Shown here: piece after piece, positions 61,048 through 64,000 of the stretch
Numbering within the stretch: the stretch's first letter is position 1
Layout: every line of letters starts with the position of its first letter
Origin: Fistulifera solaris
Taxonomy: Eukaryota
Direction: 5' to 3'
Assembly (NCBI GenBank): GCA_030295235.1
Contig: AP026139.1
Location: 62,001 to 126,000 of the forward strand
Length of the DNA: 64,000 nt
Notes under the pieces: generated by a model
Told to the model about the DNA's origin: nothing
What the model saw: only the letters and a program-made list of their open reading frames with translations
The model's database searches: none
Position numbers and translations under genes: made by a program

Positions 61048-64000
61048 ATGTTCAAGCCCAAGACTGTCTTGTCGCACAAAGTCCGACTATCCTACTCAGA
61101 CTCCAATCGTCTCGACAAGAAAAGTGCACCTTGGCGCAAGAATTTCGGATCCTTTCCGTCTCTACGATCGGATGAAGACTTGGAGCAATTGGGGGATGAA
61201 TGGATCATCGGCGACGCCTCAAAATTGCCAAGACTGGACGCTCCGGAAGCCTTTCCGGGCGATTGCAACGTGAAAGAATACGTTTTGGAGCACGTGACGC
61301 CCTACGACGGCGATGCGTCCTTCCTCGCGCCCGCGACGGAACGAACCAAGAAAACCTGGGCCCGCTGTGAAGAACTCATGGAATTAGAACGGCAACGAGG
61401 AATTTTGGACGTAGATACCAAGACACCTTCGACTATCACGAGCCACGGACCTGGTTATGTACTGAGCAAGGAAGAAGATGTCATTTACGGTTTGCAAACG
61501 GAAGAGCCACTGAAACGGGCCTGCAAGCCTTTGGGTGGCTTTAAAGTGGTGCAAGGAGCTTTGGAAAGTTATGGATACAAGGCAGATCCGGAAATGGCCA
61601 AGATTTACACAACGCAAGTTCCAACACACAACGATACGGTCTTTAGCATGTACACCAAGGAAATGCGCGCGGCTCGTCACAGTCATTTGTTGACCGGATT
61701 ACCCGATGCCTACGGACGTGGACGTATCATTGGTGACTATCGCCGACTCGCTCTCTATGGAACCGATGATTTGATTCGTCGTAAGAAGCTTGACTACGAT
61801 GCGCTCAAAGGTACCGCCACGGAAACGATGCACCTCCGGTCCGAAATCACGCAACAAGTTAAAGGTTTGAAAGAGCTTACCGTCATGTCCGATGCGTACG
61901 GTGTGGATGTCCGAAAGCCCGCGAAAACGTTCAAGGAAGCCGTTCAGTTTATGTGGTTAGGTCATACCGCGGCATTGAAGCAGCAAGATGGAGCTGCTAT
62001 GTCCATCGGACGTTGGGATGCCTTTTGGATATTTATGCGGAGAAGGATCTAGCGGAGGGAACCGTGACGGAGCAAGAAATACAAGAAATTATTGACGATG
62101 TGGTGATCAAGATGCGACTGGTCCGCCACTTGCGCCCTCCTGCATACAATGAGCTGTTCTCCGGCGATCCGACTTGGCTGACGATTGCTTTGGGCGGCTG
62201 CAAAGAAGACGGCACGAGTCTCGTCACTAAGACTTCCTATCGCTTCTTGCACACTCTTACCAATTTAGGGCCTGCACCCGAGCCAAACTTGACAGTGCTT
62301 TGGTCTCAAAACTTGCCCAACAACTTCAAGGAATACTGCGCTCAGCAATCCATCGACACGTCATCCATTCAGTACGAGAACGACGATATGATGCGACAAG
62401 TATTCGGCTGTGATTACGGCATCGCGTGTTGCGTATCAGGTATGCGTCTTGGAGTTGACATGCAATTCTTCGGTGCAAGAACCAACATGGTGAAGCTTTT
62501 GCTCATGTGCTTGAACGGCGGTAGAGACGAAATGCACGGTGATAAATTGTGTCCCGAACTCGAAGCCGAATGCGCAAAGCTGGGAATTGGAAAAGGTGAC
62601 GAAGACAGACCCATCAGCTTCGAGCAGATTGAACGACTGTACTTTGATATTGCCATGCCGTGGATGGCCAAGCTGTACGCTGAGACGATGAATACAATCC
62701 ACTATTCGCATGATCGCGCTTGCTATGAAAACTTGCAAATGGCACTGCATAACTCCAATGTGAACCGCTTGATGGCTTTTGGGTGCGCTGGACTCTCGGT
62801 TGTCGCTGACTCCCTGGCCGCAATCAAGTATGATGATGTCTTCCCCGTTCGTAACGATGCGGATCTTACAGTCGGCTTCCGCCGTGCACACCCCAATCGA
62901 GAGATTCCTCAGTTCGGCAACGATGACGACCGTGTGGATTCGTTAGCGGTCCGCGTTTGCTCTCGATTCTACGATGAATTGAACAAGCAACCGTTGTACC
63001 GCAATGCAAAAGCCACTCTTTCCATTTTGACCATTACGTCCAACTTGGTGTACGGAAAGGCAACTGGGGCGAGTCCAGATGGACGGGCGTCAGGAGAATC
63101 CTTCGCGCCTGGTTGCAATCCCATGCACGGCCGTGATAAGAACGGAGCTTTGGCGTCTCTCAGTTCGGTGACAAAAATTCCGTATGCCAAGTGTATGGAT
63201 GGAGTTTCCAATACATTCTGTCTGTTGCCGAACGCATTGGGACAGCCAAAGAACCGTAAATCCAACTTGGCTACCCTGTTAGACGGCTACTTCGCGCACA
63301 ATGGTCATCACATCAATATCAACGTTCTAAGCCGAGACATACTGAGGGACGCTCATCTTCACCCCGAGAAATACCCCAATTTGACCATTCGCGTTAGTGG
63401 TTACGCAGTTCGCTTCTGCCGTCTTACTCCCGAGCAGCGTGAGGAAGTGATGGCGCGCACGATGCACTCCTCCAGTGTCGTCACCATGGCCCATGCCGAC
63501 AAAAATCACGAATTGTACGGTTCCGATATGGAAGAAAAGAAACAAGAAGAAGTCCAAATTGAGGAGATAGAAGGTGTAGTTGAAGGCAATGCAGTATTGG
63601 GTAGCGTTTACTCGTTCGAAACGTTTTCGACAACGGATGGACCTGGAATTCGAACGAACGTGTTTTTGCAAGGTTGTCCCAAGAAGTGTACTTTCTGCTG
63701 CAACCCAGAGACACAAGCTCTGGCCAACCCCAAGGATCATCCGGAATTCGCCATGTCTTCGGCAGAAGTGGCTTCGTTGGTCAGCAAATACTCTGAATGG
63801 CTCAAACCCCGCGGTGGCGGAATCACCGTTTCGGGAGGAGAAGCTTTGGTGCAGTCTGATTTCGTAAGCGACTTATTCCAGAAGATTCACGAGGAAGGCT
63901 TGACAACTTGTTTGGACACAGCCTGCTTTGGCAACAAGGCCCGCTGGGACAAGGTTCTACCTCACACCGATAACGTCTTGTTGTGTATGAAAGGCATGAA
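61048..64000 (+). CDS. PFL: Pyruvate formate-lyase fused in frame to PFL-activating enzyme (3'-truncated by window); frameshift at T-run 62023-62026
   Basis: [26 protein letters not shown] (62427-62432); [11 protein letters not shown] (Gly 63399-63401); no stop before [27 protein letters not shown] (63675-63698) and [10 protein letters not shown]. Confidence 0.95.

Noticed and set aside
187..62026. Programmed ribosomal frameshifting as the cause of split ORFs
   Set aside because: Shifts go in both directions at A, T and C runs with no common slippery-stop signal; sequencing error is simpler
42567..64000. Bacterial contamination as the source of PBP, haloperoxidase and PFL genes
   Set aside because: They are interleaved with eukaryotic genes (BCD1, LSD1-like with intron), the secreted ones carry low-complexity RxL leaders, and there is no operon structure

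Overview
Gene-dense, nearly intron-free eukaryotic sequence, most consistent with a diatom (signal peptide + RxL secretory proteins, Pro/Thr mucin repeats, GTACGT intron donor); the taxon is inferred, not shown. Many genes are broken by 1-bp indels at homopolymer runs, probably assembly errors, so several ORF-track fragments are rejoined here. Contents: three paralogues of a secreted 14-Cys domain family; JmjC, double-C2, DCP1, SET, bZIP and 4x Cys-repeat genes; a ~24 kb array of six paralogues sharing an uncharacterised N-terminal (C2-like?) domain, interrupted by a cupin-DUF952 gene and a 5,859-bp Mutator-like transposon (perfect 130-bp TIRs, 9-bp TSD, transposase plus Ulp1 protease); BCD1; two secreted sugar-binding-protein homologues divergent from a vanadium-haloperoxidase/PAP2 gene; an isochorismatase-family gene; a Helitron remnant; an internally duplicated HIS3 whose halves keep complementary metal ligands; DUF1990; an LSD1-like oxidase with PHD-like and PDZ-like domains; and a pyruvate formate-lyase fused in frame to its radical-SAM activating enzyme (runs off the end; missing from the ORF track). 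A TACCWGGTA quasi-palindrome recurs ten times in upstream regions. No rRNA, tRNA or CRISPR seen. All family calls are motif recognition by eye; no searches were run.
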